From NCBI GenBank assembly GCA_018820205.1, contig JAHJOK010000005.1:69453-133452 (forward strand): a DNA stretch of 64,000 bases, in the 5' to 3' direction. Positions 29,754 through 39,830 of this stretch are shown one piece after another (the stretch's first letter is position 1; each line of letters opens with the position of its first letter). The notes below the pieces were generated by a model that had not been told where the DNA came from, did no database searches, and saw only the letters and a program-made list of their open reading frames with translations. Position numbers and translations under genes: made by a program. Origin of the DNA: Alphaproteobacteria bacterium. GTDB taxonomy: Bacteria; Pseudomonadota; Alphaproteobacteria; Caulobacterales; Caulobacteraceae.

Positions 29754-29766
29754 AATGGCGATAAAT
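29754..29766 (-). promoter_or_regulatory. 13-bp motif ATTTATCGCCATT (right copy, inverted)
   Basis: AATGGCGATAAAT on + strand, about 77 nt upstream of the DUF6916-like gene. Confidence 0.55.
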
Positions 29767-29771
29767 ATCGT

Positions 29772-31040
29772 TCAGCGAGACGGCATTTTCGCGCGCGACC
29801 ATAAGACCGCAACCAGAAGGCAGGCGATCGCGCCGACAAGCGGCACGCCCATCATCAACCACATCAGATGAGACGCTTCGTCGCCGCGATAGTCGAACAG
29901 GCCGAGCGCGGCCCCGAGACCCAGCCCTCCGACCGCCAGCGACAGCTTCGCGGTGGCGGTGAAGTAGCCATAGACGATGGACTCCCGGCCCCGGGCGTCG
30001 CGCGCCGCCACGGCGCTGAACGCGCCCCACAGGACCATGCCGACGCCCCCGTTTCCCATCCCGAACACGAACCCGGTCACGATCAGCACGGCGATCGATC
30101 CGGAGAAGGGCAGTGCTGCGGTCAGGGCCAGAACTTGAAAGACGGCCGCGATCCCCAGGGTGCTGGTCCGGCCGAACCGCGCGCAGGTTCGCGCCCACAG
30201 CGGCTGCCCCAACGCCAAGCCTGCCGCCATGGACAGAATGATGGCGCCGCCGAGCGTCGGCGACTGCAGGACATAGGCGGCGAAGAATGGTTCGACCTTG
30301 GCGTAGAGCGGCGTGAACAGCGAGGTGATCACCATCAGTGCGATCATCAGGCCGAACGCCGGCGTGAGGCGCGACGCAGGGAGGTCCGAAACACTGGCCT
30401 GGGTCCCGAACCGCGAAGCCGCACGCTCGATACGCCAGGTCAACACGCCGGCGGCCAGAACAGCGGGCGCCGCGATCACGCAGGACAACTTCAGGAACAG
30501 GGCGGCGCCGTCCGCGTCGCGCGCCGCGATCAACGGTCCCACGGCCAGGGCGACCAACAGGGTCGCCGCGCCGCTGAACCAGATGCGCGTCGCAGCCAGG
30601 CGGTCGCGCGCCTCGCCATCAGCGGTCGCCAGCGCCATCAGGGCGTTCTGAGGAATATCGTAAAAGGCATAGGCGACGCGAAAGGCGATGCCCGCCGCCA
30701 CCGCATAGGCGAACCGCGCCTCCATCGGAATCCAGAACCCGGCGAACACCGAGACAAAGGCGGCGGCGCACAGGATCGAGCCCGCGAGTTGAAGACGCGC
30801 GGCGGATCGTGCGTTGGCCAGAACGCCGCGAAGCCGGAAGCCGACCGCCACGTCGATGACGGCGCTGGACGCCAGACCGATCGCCAGGACATAGCCCATC
30901 TGTTCCGGCGGCAGACCGATCAGGCTGGTCAGAAAGAAGGCGAACAGAACCTCGGAGCCATACCAGAACAGGCTCTTGCCGAGGTGAGCGAATCCATACG
31001 CAAGCGTGTCGCCCCACCCATTCGAACGCCCTAGAACGAT
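29772..31040 (-). CDS. MFS transporter, GPH/MelB-like; start codon defective or non-canonical
   Basis: Multi-TM, 'YAFYDIPQNALM', 'YGYFTATAK'. The frame extends upstream of Met30899 through a typical TM1 (LAYGFAHLGKSLFWY..FAFFLT) with no ATG/GTG/TTG before TGA at 31068-31070. Confidence 0.75.
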   Translation of the reverse strand: MVLGRSNGWGDTLAYGFAHLGKSLFWYGSEVLFAFFLTSLIGLPPEQMGYVLAIGLASSAVIDVAVGFRLRGVLANARSAARLQLAGSILCAAAFVSVFAGFWIPMEARFAYAVAAGIAFRVAYAFYDIPQNALMALATADGEARDRLAATRIWFSGAATLLVALAVGPLIAARDADGAALFLKLSCVIAAPAVLAAGVLTWRIERAASRFGTQASVSDLPASRLTPAFGLMIALMVITSLFTPLYAKVEPFFAAYVLQSPTLGGAIILSMAAGLALGQPLWARTCARFGRTSTLGIAAVFQVLALTAALPFSGSIAVLIVTGFVFGMGNGGVGMVLWGAFSAVAARDARGRESIVYGYFTATAKLSLAVGGLGLGAALGLFDYRGDEASHLMWLMMGVPLVGAIACLLVAVLWSRAKMPSR

Positions 31041-31226
31041 GACAGTCTCTCCCCTGCTCTGGCGATATCATAGGCGCGGTTCGCGGCCCGATGGAAACCA
31101 TTGGGCATGTTTCGCCCTTCCCGCGTCTCTGGGCCTGGGTTCCGGCCGTGCTATCATTGCCACGCTTGTTGCCCCGAGCCGCTCGCCGGCGTGGAGCAGC
31201 CTCAGGGACAAGCCGGAGCACGGTCG

Positions 31227-32345
31227 ATGACGATGGCGTCCTCGAAAATCAGCAGGGCGCTTACCGACGACCAGAAGCGGGTTCTGCGCACGCTCCGGAC
31301 CGAGGGCCCGCGCTCGCGAATCGAGTTGTCAAGGCGGCTGGATCTCAACGGCACTGCGGTCACGCGCGCCTGCCAGACCCTGATCACGGGCGGGTTCATC
31401 CTGGAAACCGAAGCCCTGAGGGCCGCGCGAGGACGTCCGTCGTTGCCGCTCGAGGTTCGGCCCGGGAACGTCTGCGCCATCGGCGCCGCGCTGCAGCCAG
31501 GAACGGTCGATGTCGCTCTGGTCGACCTCATCGGACGGCCGATCGCCAAGGGCGGCTTCGATTTCGCCGACGAGGACCCGTCGCGTTTCGCGGCGGCCCT
31601 GGCCGAAGAAGCGACGCGCCTGATCGAAGCATCGAACCTCGAGCCGTCGTCGTTCCTCGGCTACGGCGTCAGCGTCCCCGGCTATGTCGGCCTCGAGGAA
31701 GGACGACGTCACACCGTTGAGCGCCTGAAGTCCTGGCGAGGGCTTAATCTGCCAGTCACGCTCGGTCGGTCGCTCGGGGCTCGCGTCTGGGTCGAGAACG
31801 ACGCCAACGCCGCCGCCCTCGCGGAATCCTATGCGGCCGGCCGGGCGGGTGGAGACATGCTGGTCTTCTACCTCGGTCACGGCGTGGGCGGGGCGGCCAT
31901 CGTCGATGGGAACCTGTTCCGGGGCGCGTTCGGAAACGCCGGAGAAATCGGTCTGCTGTATCCCCTCGACAAGTCGCGGCCCTCGGCCGTCGATCTGCTC
32001 CGACGCCTAGAGCAGTCAGGCGCGGGGCCTGTGACCGTCGCTGATCTCGCCGATCTGATGGCTTCGCGCCCCGACTTCTTCGCCGAATGGGCCCTCCAGG
32101 CCGCCGATCAACTGGAAGCCGCTGCGTTGTCGGGCGTCGCCTGGCTGGATCCCGCATCCATCGTACTGTCGGGGGTCTTGCCCAGACCACTGCTGGCGAC
32201 GATGCGCGACCGACTGGACGTCGGCGTCTGGCGCTCCCGTCTGGACGGACGTCGACAGCCGGTTGTTTCGATCTCGGACCTCGGCGGTTTCGCCGGCGCG
32301 ATCGGTGCGGGTCTGCTTCCTGTTCACGACCTCATCGGCGGCTGA
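31227..32345 (+). CDS. ROK family transcriptional regulator
   Basis: N-terminal HTH 'GPRSRIELSRRLDL', 'RGRPS', 'GVSVPG', 'ENDANAAALAE', 'G.FGNAGEIG'. Confidence 0.9.
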   Translation: MTMASSKISRALTDDQKRVLRTLRTEGPRSRIELSRRLDLNGTAVTRACQTLITGGFILETEALRAARGRPSLPLEVRPGNVCAIGAALQPGTVDVALVDLIGRPIAKGGFDFADEDPSRFAAALAEEATRLIEASNLEPSSFLGYGVSVPGYVGLEEGRRHTVERLKSWRGLNLPVTLGRSLGARVWVENDANAAALAESYAAGRAGGDMLVFYLGHGVGGAAIVDGNLFRGAFGNAGEIGLLYPLDKSRPSAVDLLRRLEQSGAGPVTVADLADLMASRPDFFAEWALQAADQLEAAALSGVAWLDPASIVLSGVLPRPLLATMRDRLDVGVWRSRLDGRRQPVVSISDLGGFAGAIGAGLLPVHDLIGG

Positions 32346-32471
32346 GCGAAGTTCGTCGGTCGGCCCGACGTGGATCAACCGAGCTTCGACGGTCGCCGTT
32401 TCTTCCAGGACGATTCGATAAACGGGGAAGGGCGGAGGCCTGGGCAGCACGGTTGTTCTGCGCTGAACATT

Positions 32472-32504
32472 GGGGCCGACGCGGCTGATCGCTTCGTCGG
32501 CCCC
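32472..32504. terminator. GC-rich hairpin between convergent ROK and M16 genes
   Basis: GGGGCCGACG / CGTCGGCCCC 10-bp inverted repeat; no clear U-tract. Confidence 0.45.
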
Positions 32505-32513
32505 GCACCCGCG

Positions 32514-35249
32514 CTAGCGTTGCCGTTCGCCCTCGGCGTTCCAGACTTCCACCTCGCCCAATTCCAGCGCGCGCACGCCGGCCTCGATCTTGGACAGGTC
32601 GCCGACCACCACCCAGGTCATGGCGTCGGGCGCCAGCATCGTCGCGGCCCCGGTCACCGTCTCCGGCGTTGCGGCGGCATAGCGCTCCGGCAAGGTCGTG
32701 ATCCAGTCGTAGGAATGATCGAAGCGCGCGACGTAGCGCAGGTAGCCGACCATCGCATTGTTGGTTTCGAACTGGTCCGGCAGGGTCAGGACTTCTCCGC
32801 GCCGGTAGAGTTCCAGCTCTCGCTCGCTGACCGGCCGCCCCCCGCCGATGTCGTGCAATTCGCGCGAGATCTCGGTCAGCGCCTCGGCCGTGCGATCCGT
32901 CTGCACGCTGGTCGAGACCGAAAAGACCTGCGGTCCGATCGCGTCGCCGACGCGGCTGTTGGCGCCGTAGGTCCAGCCCTTCTGTTCGCGCAGGTTCATG
33001 TTGAGCCGCGCGGTGAAGCCTCCGCCCAGCACGCCGTTCAGCAGACCCAGATCGAAATTGCGCGGATCCAGCCCGGTCGGCGCCACCTGCCCCACGCGGA
33101 TCACCGACTGGATGGCGCCGGGCTTGTCCACCAGCACGATGCGCGGCGTCGTCTGGTCGACGACCGACGCGATCGTCCGCGCTGCCAGCGGCTGCGCAGG
33201 CGCTCGCCAGTCGCCGAAATTCGTCTCGAGCGTCGCCATCAGGGTATCGAACTCGGCGTCTCCCGCGGCGAAGATCACCGCATTGTCCGGCCGGATGTAA
33301 GTCTGATGGAAAGCGACCAGATCGTCGCGAGTGTAGGACCCGATCATGTCGCTGCGGCCGGCCAGGGGCGCGCCATAGGCGTGATCGGCGCCGAAGATCA
33401 GATAGTTGAACACGCTGCCCGCAATGCTGTCCGGGTCGACCAGCGCCTGCTGCAGGCCGGACAGGGCCGTCGCCCGTTCCCGCTCCAGGTCGCTCTCGCG
33501 GAAGCCGGGGTCGCGGATATAGCCCGACCACAATGCGATCGTGTCGTCGAACGATCGGTTCAGCGCCGACACCGAGAAATTGGTCGTGTCGGAGTCGCTG
33601 TAGGCATAGATGCGCGCGCCCAGCATCTCCTGCGCCTTGGCGAACTCCTGTCCGGTCATCGTCTCGGTGCCGTCATCCATCAGGCCGACGGTGAAGCCCT
33701 GAATGCCTTCCTTCATGCCCTGGTCGGCCGCCCCGCCCGCGTTGAACGCCATCACCAGATCGACGGTCGGCGTGCCCTGGCGATGCGAGTAGATCACGCG
33801 CATCCCGTTCGAAAGGCGACCTTCCTCGAGCGGCGGCAGGACCAGGTCCGGCGTCGGTCCCATCTCCGGCAAGCGGCTGCGATCCGCCGTGTCGGCGCTG
33901 GCCGCGAACTGTCCTTGGGGCACGACCGTCAACCGGTAGTTCGGGCGTGACAGCCACGCGTTCGCAGCTGTCTGGACCTCATCGGCGCCGAGGGCGTCGA
34001 AAGCCTCCTGATCGAGCTGGAATTGCCCCGGATTGTCGTCGAAGATCGTGCCGCCCGCCAGCATCATCGCGCGCAGGAACAGCGCCTCCATGGAACGGAC
34101 ATTGTTGCCATAGGTGGTGATCTTCACCCGCTCGAGTTCCTCGGCCGTCGGGCCCTCGGCGAGAAACTGCGTGATCACGTCCTGCAGCGCGGTCTCGACC
34201 TCGGCGCGCTCGACGCCAGGCTTCAGCCGCACGTCGATGGTGAACACGCCGGCGATCGCCGCGCTTTCGTAACTGGCCGACACGCCGGTCGCCAGCTGCC
34301 GGTCGAGCACCAGCGCCTGGTTGAGGCGCGACAGCCGCCCGTATCCCAGGACCGATGACGCCATGCGCAGGGCCTGGCTCTGCTCGGTCCCGCTGCCGGG
34401 GACGGGCCAGCTCCAGGCGATCGCCGTCTGGGGCACATTGTCGGCGACGACTTCGGTCCTGACGCGTTCAAGTTGCGGCGTCCAGTCGGTCATCCGGCCG
34501 ATCGGCGGTCCCGCCGGCACGCTGGCGAAATAGCGGGTCATCAACTCGCGCGCCTGGTCGACCGTCACATCGCCCGCCAGCGTCACCACGGCGTTCGATG
34601 CGCCGTAGTAGCGCAGGAACCACTCCCGGACGTCCTCCAGCGACGCATCGTTCAGGTCGTCCATCGATCCGATGACGGAGTGATGATACGGGTGATTGGC
34701 GGGATACAGCGCCTCGGACCGCAGTTGCGGCATCATCGAATAGGGGCGGTTCTCATAGGTGCGCTTCTCGTTCTGGACGACGCCCCGCTGCTCATCGAGC
34801 TTGGCCTGGGTGATGGCGCCCAGCAGATAGCCCATCCGATCGGATTCCAGCCACAACACGCGCTCCAGCCCGCCGGTCGGAACGACCTCATAGTAGTAGG
34901 TCTGATCCAGCGACGTGGCGCCGTTTACGGCCGAGACGCCGATCTCCTGAAGCGGCGGCATGTATTCGTCGTCGTGATGTTCCGAGCCGTTGAACATCAG
35001 GTGTTCGAACAGGTGCGCGAAGCCCGATTTCCCCTCGGGCTCGTTCATGGACCCGACGTGATACCAGACAGCGACCGCCACCTTGGGCGCCGAATGATCC
35101 TCGTGCACCACGACGCGAAGGCCGTTGGGCAGGGTGAACTGCTCATACGGGATCAGCGCCGGCTCCTGCGGCGCGATCTGGGCGACGCTTGCGGTGGCGG
35201 CGGCGCCGAACATCACCGCGACGGATGCGAGCAACAGCATCTTCTTCAT
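32514..35249 (-). CDS. Periplasmic M16 (pitrilysin-like) zinc peptidase
   Basis: Signal peptide, inverted zinc motif 'HLFEHLMF', duplicated M16 halves, 'RLNMNLREQKGWTYG'. Confidence 0.92.
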   Translation of the reverse strand: MKKMLLLASVAVMFGAAATASVAQIAPQEPALIPYEQFTLPNGLRVVVHEDHSAPKVAVAVWYHVGSMNEPEGKSGFAHLFEHLMFNGSEHHDDEYMPPLQEIGVSAVNGATSLDQTYYYEVVPTGGLERVLWLESDRMGYLLGAITQAKLDEQRGVVQNEKRTYENRPYSMMPQLRSEALYPANHPYHHSVIGSMDDLNDASLEDVREWFLRYYGASNAVVTLAGDVTVDQARELMTRYFASVPAGPPIGRMTDWTPQLERVRTEVVADNVPQTAIAWSWPVPGSGTEQSQALRMASSVLGYGRLSRLNQALVLDRQLATGVSASYESAAIAGVFTIDVRLKPGVERAEVETALQDVITQFLAEGPTAEELERVKITTYGNNVRSMEALFLRAMMLAGGTIFDDNPGQFQLDQEAFDALGADEVQTAANAWLSRPNYRLTVVPQGQFAASADTADRSRLPEMGPTPDLVLPPLEEGRLSNGMRVIYSHRQGTPTVDLVMAFNAGGAADQGMKEGIQGFTVGLMDDGTETMTGQEFAKAQEMLGARIYAYSDSDTTNFSVSALNRSFDDTIALWSGYIRDPGFRESDLERERATALSGLQQALVDPDSIAGSVFNYLIFGADHAYGAPLAGRSDMIGSYTRDDLVAFHQTYIRPDNAVIFAAGDAEFDTLMATLETNFGDWRAPAQPLAARTIASVVDQTTPRIVLVDKPGAIQSVIRVGQVAPTGLDPRNFDLGLLNGVLGGGFTARLNMNLREQKGWTYGANSRVGDAIGPQVFSVSTSVQTDRTAEALTEISRELHDIGGGRPVSERELELYRRGEVLTLPDQFETNNAMVGYLRYVARFDHSYDWITTLPERYAAATPETVTGAATMLAPDAMTWVVVGDLSKIEAGVRALELGEVEVWNAEGERQR

Positions 35250-35326
35250 CGTACTTCCTGACATGCAATGGGAAAGCGGCCGGCGCGATCGGGGATGCGC
35301 CGGCCATAAGACAGTCGACCGGGCGC

Positions 35327-38300
35327 TCAGAACGTCGCCGAGACGCCGATCTTGAGATTGCGACCGCCCAGATAGGTCGCCCGGCCAAAGAATTTCGGCG
35401 TGCCGTCTTCGCCGCCGAACGTCTGTTCCAGATCGGGGTCTTCCGTCCCGTTGAGCAGGTCGTTGCCCTCGAAGAAGATGCGGAAACTGCCGTAGCTGGG
35501 GCGCAGATAGTATTCGGCCCGGAAGTCCAGCGTCTCGACGCCTTCGGTATAGACGCTCAGCCCCCGTGGATTGAACAGGGTCAGCGCCCGCGACTGGTAG
35601 CCATAGGCCAGCGTCGCATCGATATCGTACTTGTTGTAGGTGATGGCCGCCGTGCCCGAATGGGCGGGCTGTTGGACGAACGCCAGATTGTCGAAGGTAT
35701 AGACGTGGTCCGGATCTGGGTCATAGGCCCAGTTATAGCGATCGGTGCGCGAACTGTCGGTGAAGGTGTGGTTCACGAACACGCCGAACCCGCTCCAGAT
35801 CCCCGGCAGGAAGTCGAACCGCCGCTCCGCCTGGGCCTCGATGCCCCAGATCTCGGCGACTTCGTCGCTGTTCACCGGGCTGCCGCCGGTGATGAACACG
35901 CCGCTGGGATTGTTCGGATCGAAATAGGGGGCGCCGGTGAAATACGGATGGTCCGGGAGTGTCACCGCGGCCAGGGTCGCCGGGCCGTTGGTGATGTTGT
36001 TCTGCAGCAGATTGTCGATCCGCTTGTAGAAGGCGCTCACCTTGAAGATGCCGATACCGGAATAGTATTCAGCGCTCAGATCGAAATTGTCGGTCGTCGC
36101 CGGCTTCAGATCGGGGTTGCCGCTGTTGATCTGCAGGATCGGCTTGACGCCCTCCGGTCCGGGGATGGGAAAGTTGATGAACGACACGCGGGTCTCGTTC
36201 GACAGCTGTCCGATCGAGGGGCGGGCGACCGACAGGAAATAGCCGCCGCGGAAGATCAGATCGTCGCTGGCGCGATAGTTGAACAGAACCCGCGGCAGGA
36301 TGTCCTCGGCCACCGTCTCCTCGGTCACCAGCTGGGTGAACTCGTTCTGGAAGGTCAGATCGACGCCGATGCCGCCGCCGTTCGCAGGCAGGATCGGACC
36401 CGTGTAGACCGGAAAGCTTAGGTTGGTCGCCTCCAGCTTGGTCCGGTTGTAGCGCACGCCGCCGATCACCTCGAGCTTGCCGATGTCGATCCGCGTCTGA
36501 ATATAGGCGGCGAAATTCGTTTCCTTGGTGGTCTGATTGCCCTGGTCCGGGTGCGGCGTGATCGGCGTGACGGTCAGGCCCGAACCACCCGCGACCAGAC
36601 TGTCCAGGTTCTCGGCGAAATCGCGCACCGTGCTTTCGCTCAGCGTGGAAAAGCCCGGCGCCGTGATGCCGATCCGGGTCAGGTCCGAAGGCACGAAGCC
36701 GAACCCGAGCGCCGAGACCGGAATGTCGCCGCCGATCTGGCTGCGGACCAGGTCGCTGCGAAACTCGGTCTGCTCGTAGAGGGCGCCGACCTCGACATAG
36801 TTCAGAAAGCCGCTGCCCCGCGTCCAGCGCGCGCTGCCGCTGGCGGTGTAGCGATCGTTGCTGCCCTCGGTGTCGTCGATCTGGCCGCTCGCGTTGTTGA
36901 TCGCGAACGCCGAAGGATCATTGACCAGCGCCCAGCCCTGGGCGCTGAGCAGCGGCAACGGGATGCCGGCGCCGCTTCGCGGACCGAAGCCGGTCACGAT
37001 CAGTCCGGTGGCCGGATCGATCGCCTCGGGCAGAAACAGCGCCGCACTGGCGTCCGTATCGGGCATCCGCAACTGGGCTCCGAAACTGCCCGGATGCTCT
37101 TCGGTGCCGTGCGCATAGCCGGCGAGGTATTTGAACTCGAAGGCGCCCAGCGTGGTCTTGCCGTTCAGACTGTAGGTGTCCGTCACCGTCTCCACGTCCC
37201 GGTCATAGACATAGTTCTGCGAGCGCGAGATCCCGGCGTTTCCGGGGGTCAGATCCAGGTTCAACTGGGCGTTCGGCAGGCCGCCCGGAAGCACGACATA
37301 CTCGGCGCCGGTCGAAAAGGTGTCCGACAGCGAGAAGAAATCGGTCGTCGCCTGGGAATGCTGAAAGTCGAATTTCAGGTTGGTGTGGCTGGCGATCCGC
37401 CACTCGGCGGACAGGGTCGTGGCCAGGTTCTCGGTCTCGTCGTGATAGAAATTGGTCACCAGTCCGCGCGGGAAGGCCTGATCCTCGCCCTCGGTGAAGG
37501 GGAAGTTCAGCAGCGGATCGATCGCCTCGAAGGTGGTGATCGGTCGACCGGCGGAATCGAGCGGCAGATAGCGGCCATAGCTCAGCGCCCCGCCGTTGCT
37601 GCCGGCGTCATAGCCGATCGAACGGGTGCTGTGCCTGCGGTATTGCACCGAGGCGCTGAGGCCGAAATTGTCTCCGAACGTTCCAGCCACCGTGCCGGAC
37701 GCCAGGAAGTCGTCACCGAAATCCTCGGGCGTCGTCCCGCCCTCGACCAGCAGGTTCGAATAGCGACGCGGGCGGTCCAGCGGCGACATCGTCTCGATCT
37801 CGATCAGCCCGCCGGTTCCGGAACTGTCCTGGCTGGGCAACAGCGACTTGTTGATCGTGATCCGGCTGACCGAGTCCGCGAGCAGGTTCGACAGATCGGC
37901 GGATCGACCCACGCCGTTTCCGACGGGCAGGTTGATCCCGTTCAGCTTGACCGCATTCATGTCGGGCTCAAGCCCGCGCACGATCACATTGGCGCCGTCC
38001 CCGGTGACCGAATTGCGCTGAAACGAAATGCCGGGCGCGCGCCGCAGCGCCTCGGAAAACGTCGTGCCGGTGAAGTTTCCGAGGTCGTCGGCCGAGATCA
38101 CGTCGGCGCTGTTCTCGGCCGTACGTTGCAGGTTCAGCGCGTTGGCGCGTGCGCTTCGCGAGCCGTAGACGACCACGTCATCGACCCTCTCCGCCGAACC
38201 TTCACTGAGGGCGAAGCTCGCCTCGCGCGCCTCGCCTGCGGGAATGTTCACCGTCTCGACCAGGGTCTGGTAGCCCAGAAAGGAGATTTCCACCGTGTAG

Positions 38301-38773
38301 TCGCCGGCGGGCAGGGCCGGAAAGCGAAAGACGCCGAAATCATCGACGCTGGTGGTCTGCCCCGTCTCCACGATGCGAACCAGCGCGCCGTCGACGGGGC
38401 GATTGCCGTTGGCGATCGAAACCCGACCGGTCAGCGCGCCCTGGGCGCGACCCGTCTGCGCGACGGTCGGCCCGCTTACGACGAACGATCCGCCGCCGGT
38501 AACGCCCAGCCTCAGCCCCGACCCGCGCAGCAGCGCCTCATAGGCTGCCTGGGCGGACAGGTTTCCGTTCAGCGCCGGGGCGGCCTTGCCTCGGACCAGA
38601 TCGCCGGAAAACACCACATTGGTGTCAGTCTGCGAAGCGACGGCGCGCAGTGAGGCTTCGAGCGGCTGCGCAGGCAGGTCGAAAGCATAAAGCGCCTGGG
38701 CCTGCGCCAGCGTGGCCGACATGACGAGCGTGCTGGCGCTGGCGGCCAGCGCGACGAGTGTGCGTGAAAACAT
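35327..38773 (-). CDS. TonB-dependent transducer with STN and carboxypeptidase-regulatory-like N-terminal domains
   Basis: Signal peptide, STN 'FDLPAQPLEASL..LLRGSGL', 'GDYTVEISFLGY', TonB box 'DDVVVYG', 'GNPDLKP', C-terminal F. Confidence 0.92.
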   Translation of the reverse strand: MFSRTLVALAASASTLVMSATLAQAQALYAFDLPAQPLEASLRAVASQTDTNVVFSGDLVRGKAAPALNGNLSAQAAYEALLRGSGLRLGVTGGGSFVVSGPTVAQTGRAQGALTGRVSIANGNRPVDGALVRIVETGQTTSVDDFGVFRFPALPAGDYTVEISFLGYQTLVETVNIPAGEAREASFALSEGSAERVDDVVVYGSRSARANALNLQRTAENSADVISADDLGNFTGTTFSEALRRAPGISFQRNSVTGDGANVIVRGLEPDMNAVKLNGINLPVGNGVGRSADLSNLLADSVSRITINKSLLPSQDSSGTGGLIEIETMSPLDRPRRYSNLLVEGGTTPEDFGDDFLASGTVAGTFGDNFGLSASVQYRRHSTRSIGYDAGSNGGALSYGRYLPLDSAGRPITTFEAIDPLLNFPFTEGEDQAFPRGLVTNFYHDETENLATTLSAEWRIASHTNLKFDFQHSQATTDFFSLSDTFSTGAEYVVLPGGLPNAQLNLDLTPGNAGISRSQNYVYDRDVETVTDTYSLNGKTTLGAFEFKYLAGYAHGTEEHPGSFGAQLRMPDTDASAALFLPEAIDPATGLIVTGFGPRSGAGIPLPLLSAQGWALVNDPSAFAINNASGQIDDTEGSNDRYTASGSARWTRGSGFLNYVEVGALYEQTEFRSDLVRSQIGGDIPVSALGFGFVPSDLTRIGITAPGFSTLSESTVRDFAENLDSLVAGGSGLTVTPITPHPDQGNQTTKETNFAAYIQTRIDIGKLEVIGGVRYNRTKLEATNLSFPVYTGPILPANGGGIGVDLTFQNEFTQLVTEETVAEDILPRVLFNYRASDDLIFRGGYFLSVARPSIGQLSNETRVSFINFPIPGPEGVKPILQINSGNPDLKPATTDNFDLSAEYYSGIGIFKVSAFYKRIDNLLQNNITNGPATLAAVTLPDHPYFTGAPYFDPNNPSGVFITGGSPVNSDEVAEIWGIEAQAERRFDFLPGIWSGFGVFVNHTFTDSSRTDRYNWAYDPDPDHVYTFDNLAFVQQPAHSGTAAITYNKYDIDATLAYGYQSRALTLFNPRGLSVYTEGVETLDFRAEYYLRPSYGSFRIFFEGNDLLNGTEDPDLEQTFGGEDGTPKFFGRATYLGGRNLKIGVSATF

Positions 38774-38817
38774 GGTCCCCCCTTTGGGGGCACGATCCCT
38801 TCGCCCCCCATCGAGTT

Positions 38818-38844
38818 AGACGATCCCGAACGGCGAAACCGACA
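38818..38844 (-). promoter_or_regulatory. Putative ECF sigma promoter TGTCGG-N16-CGTCT (receptor gene)
   Basis: Same motif and spacing as 40328-40354. Confidence 0.65.
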
Positions 38845-38879
38845 CGATCGGGACATAAAAAGTTCAATTATTCGACTTT

Positions 38880-39830
38880 TCAACGCACGATGTGCAAGGT
38901 TTCACCTTCCTTCTCGACGCGAAGTCCGTGCAGAGCCGCGATCGCTTCCGCGAAATCGGCGGCATTCGTGGCGAACACGCCCGACACCTTCAGCGCCGCG
39001 ACGCGCGGATCGTCGATGACGATCGGCGGCCCTCCGTAGCGGTTCAGATCGGACACCGCCGAGCCCAGCGGCGTATCGCGGAAGATCGTCTGCCCACGCC
39101 GCCATGCCGTCGCCGCCTCGACGGATTCCGGCTCGATGCGGGTCAGACCGTCGTGCGGGTCGGTCAGCCGTTCGCCCGGCCGCAGCATAACCGGCTGCGG
39201 CGACCGGCCCTGCACGCGCTGACTGTCGTGCGAGACGACGACCTTGCCCTTGATCAGGGTGACGACCACGTCCTCGCCCGTGCGTCGGACGATGAAGACG
39301 GTGCCGATCGCCTGGACCCGCGTGTCGCCTGCGACCACGACGAAGGGGCGTGCGGCGTCGTGTGCGACTTCGAACATGGCCTCGCCCCGGTCCAGTTCGA
39401 TCCGGCGGCGCCCGTCGTCGAACTGCACGTCCACCTGGGTGTCGGTGTTCAGCGCGATGCGGCTGCCGTCCCTCAGGGTCGCCACCTTCTGTTCGCCGGG
39501 CCGCGTCGCATAGGCGCCGGCGCTGACCAGCGACCACCACAACACCCCGAGGCCCAGCATCAGCGGCAGGCAGGCGGCAAGGGCCAGACGCAGGCCTCGC
39601 GGCCGTCGCGAGGAAGACCGCGCATTGAGCTCCTCCTCGTCATATCGGGCGGCGCGCGGCAGGATCGCCCAGGCCTCGTTCGCCCGTTCGAACGCTGCCG
39701 CATGGGCGCCGTCCTCGGCCAGCCAGGCGGCCAGGGCCGGACGCACCTCGTCCTCGGCGGGGCCGTGCAATCGCGCGAGCCAGGCCGCGGCCTGGGCGTC
39801 GATCATGCGGGAAGAAGCGTTCCGGTTCAC
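38880..39830 (-). CDS. fecR: FecR-family anti-sigma / transmembrane sensor
   Basis: 'QAAAWLARL..W...H..AF', one TM, 'L.DGS.I.LNT', 'GEAMFEVAHD..RPF.V', 'AWRRG'. Confidence 0.92.
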   Translation of the reverse strand: MNRNASSRMIDAQAAAWLARLHGPAEDEVRPALAAWLAEDGAHAAAFERANEAWAILPRAARYDEEELNARSSSRRPRGLRLALAACLPLMLGLGVLWWSLVSAGAYATRPGEQKVATLRDGSRIALNTDTQVDVQFDDGRRRIELDRGEAMFEVAHDAARPFVVVAGDTRVQAIGTVFIVRRTGEDVVVTLIKGKVVVSHDSQRVQGRSPQPVMLRPGERLTDPHDGLTRIEPESVEAATAWRRGQTIFRDTPLGSAVSDLNRYGGPPIVIDDPRVAALKVSGVFATNAADFAEAIAALHGLRVEKEGETLHIVR

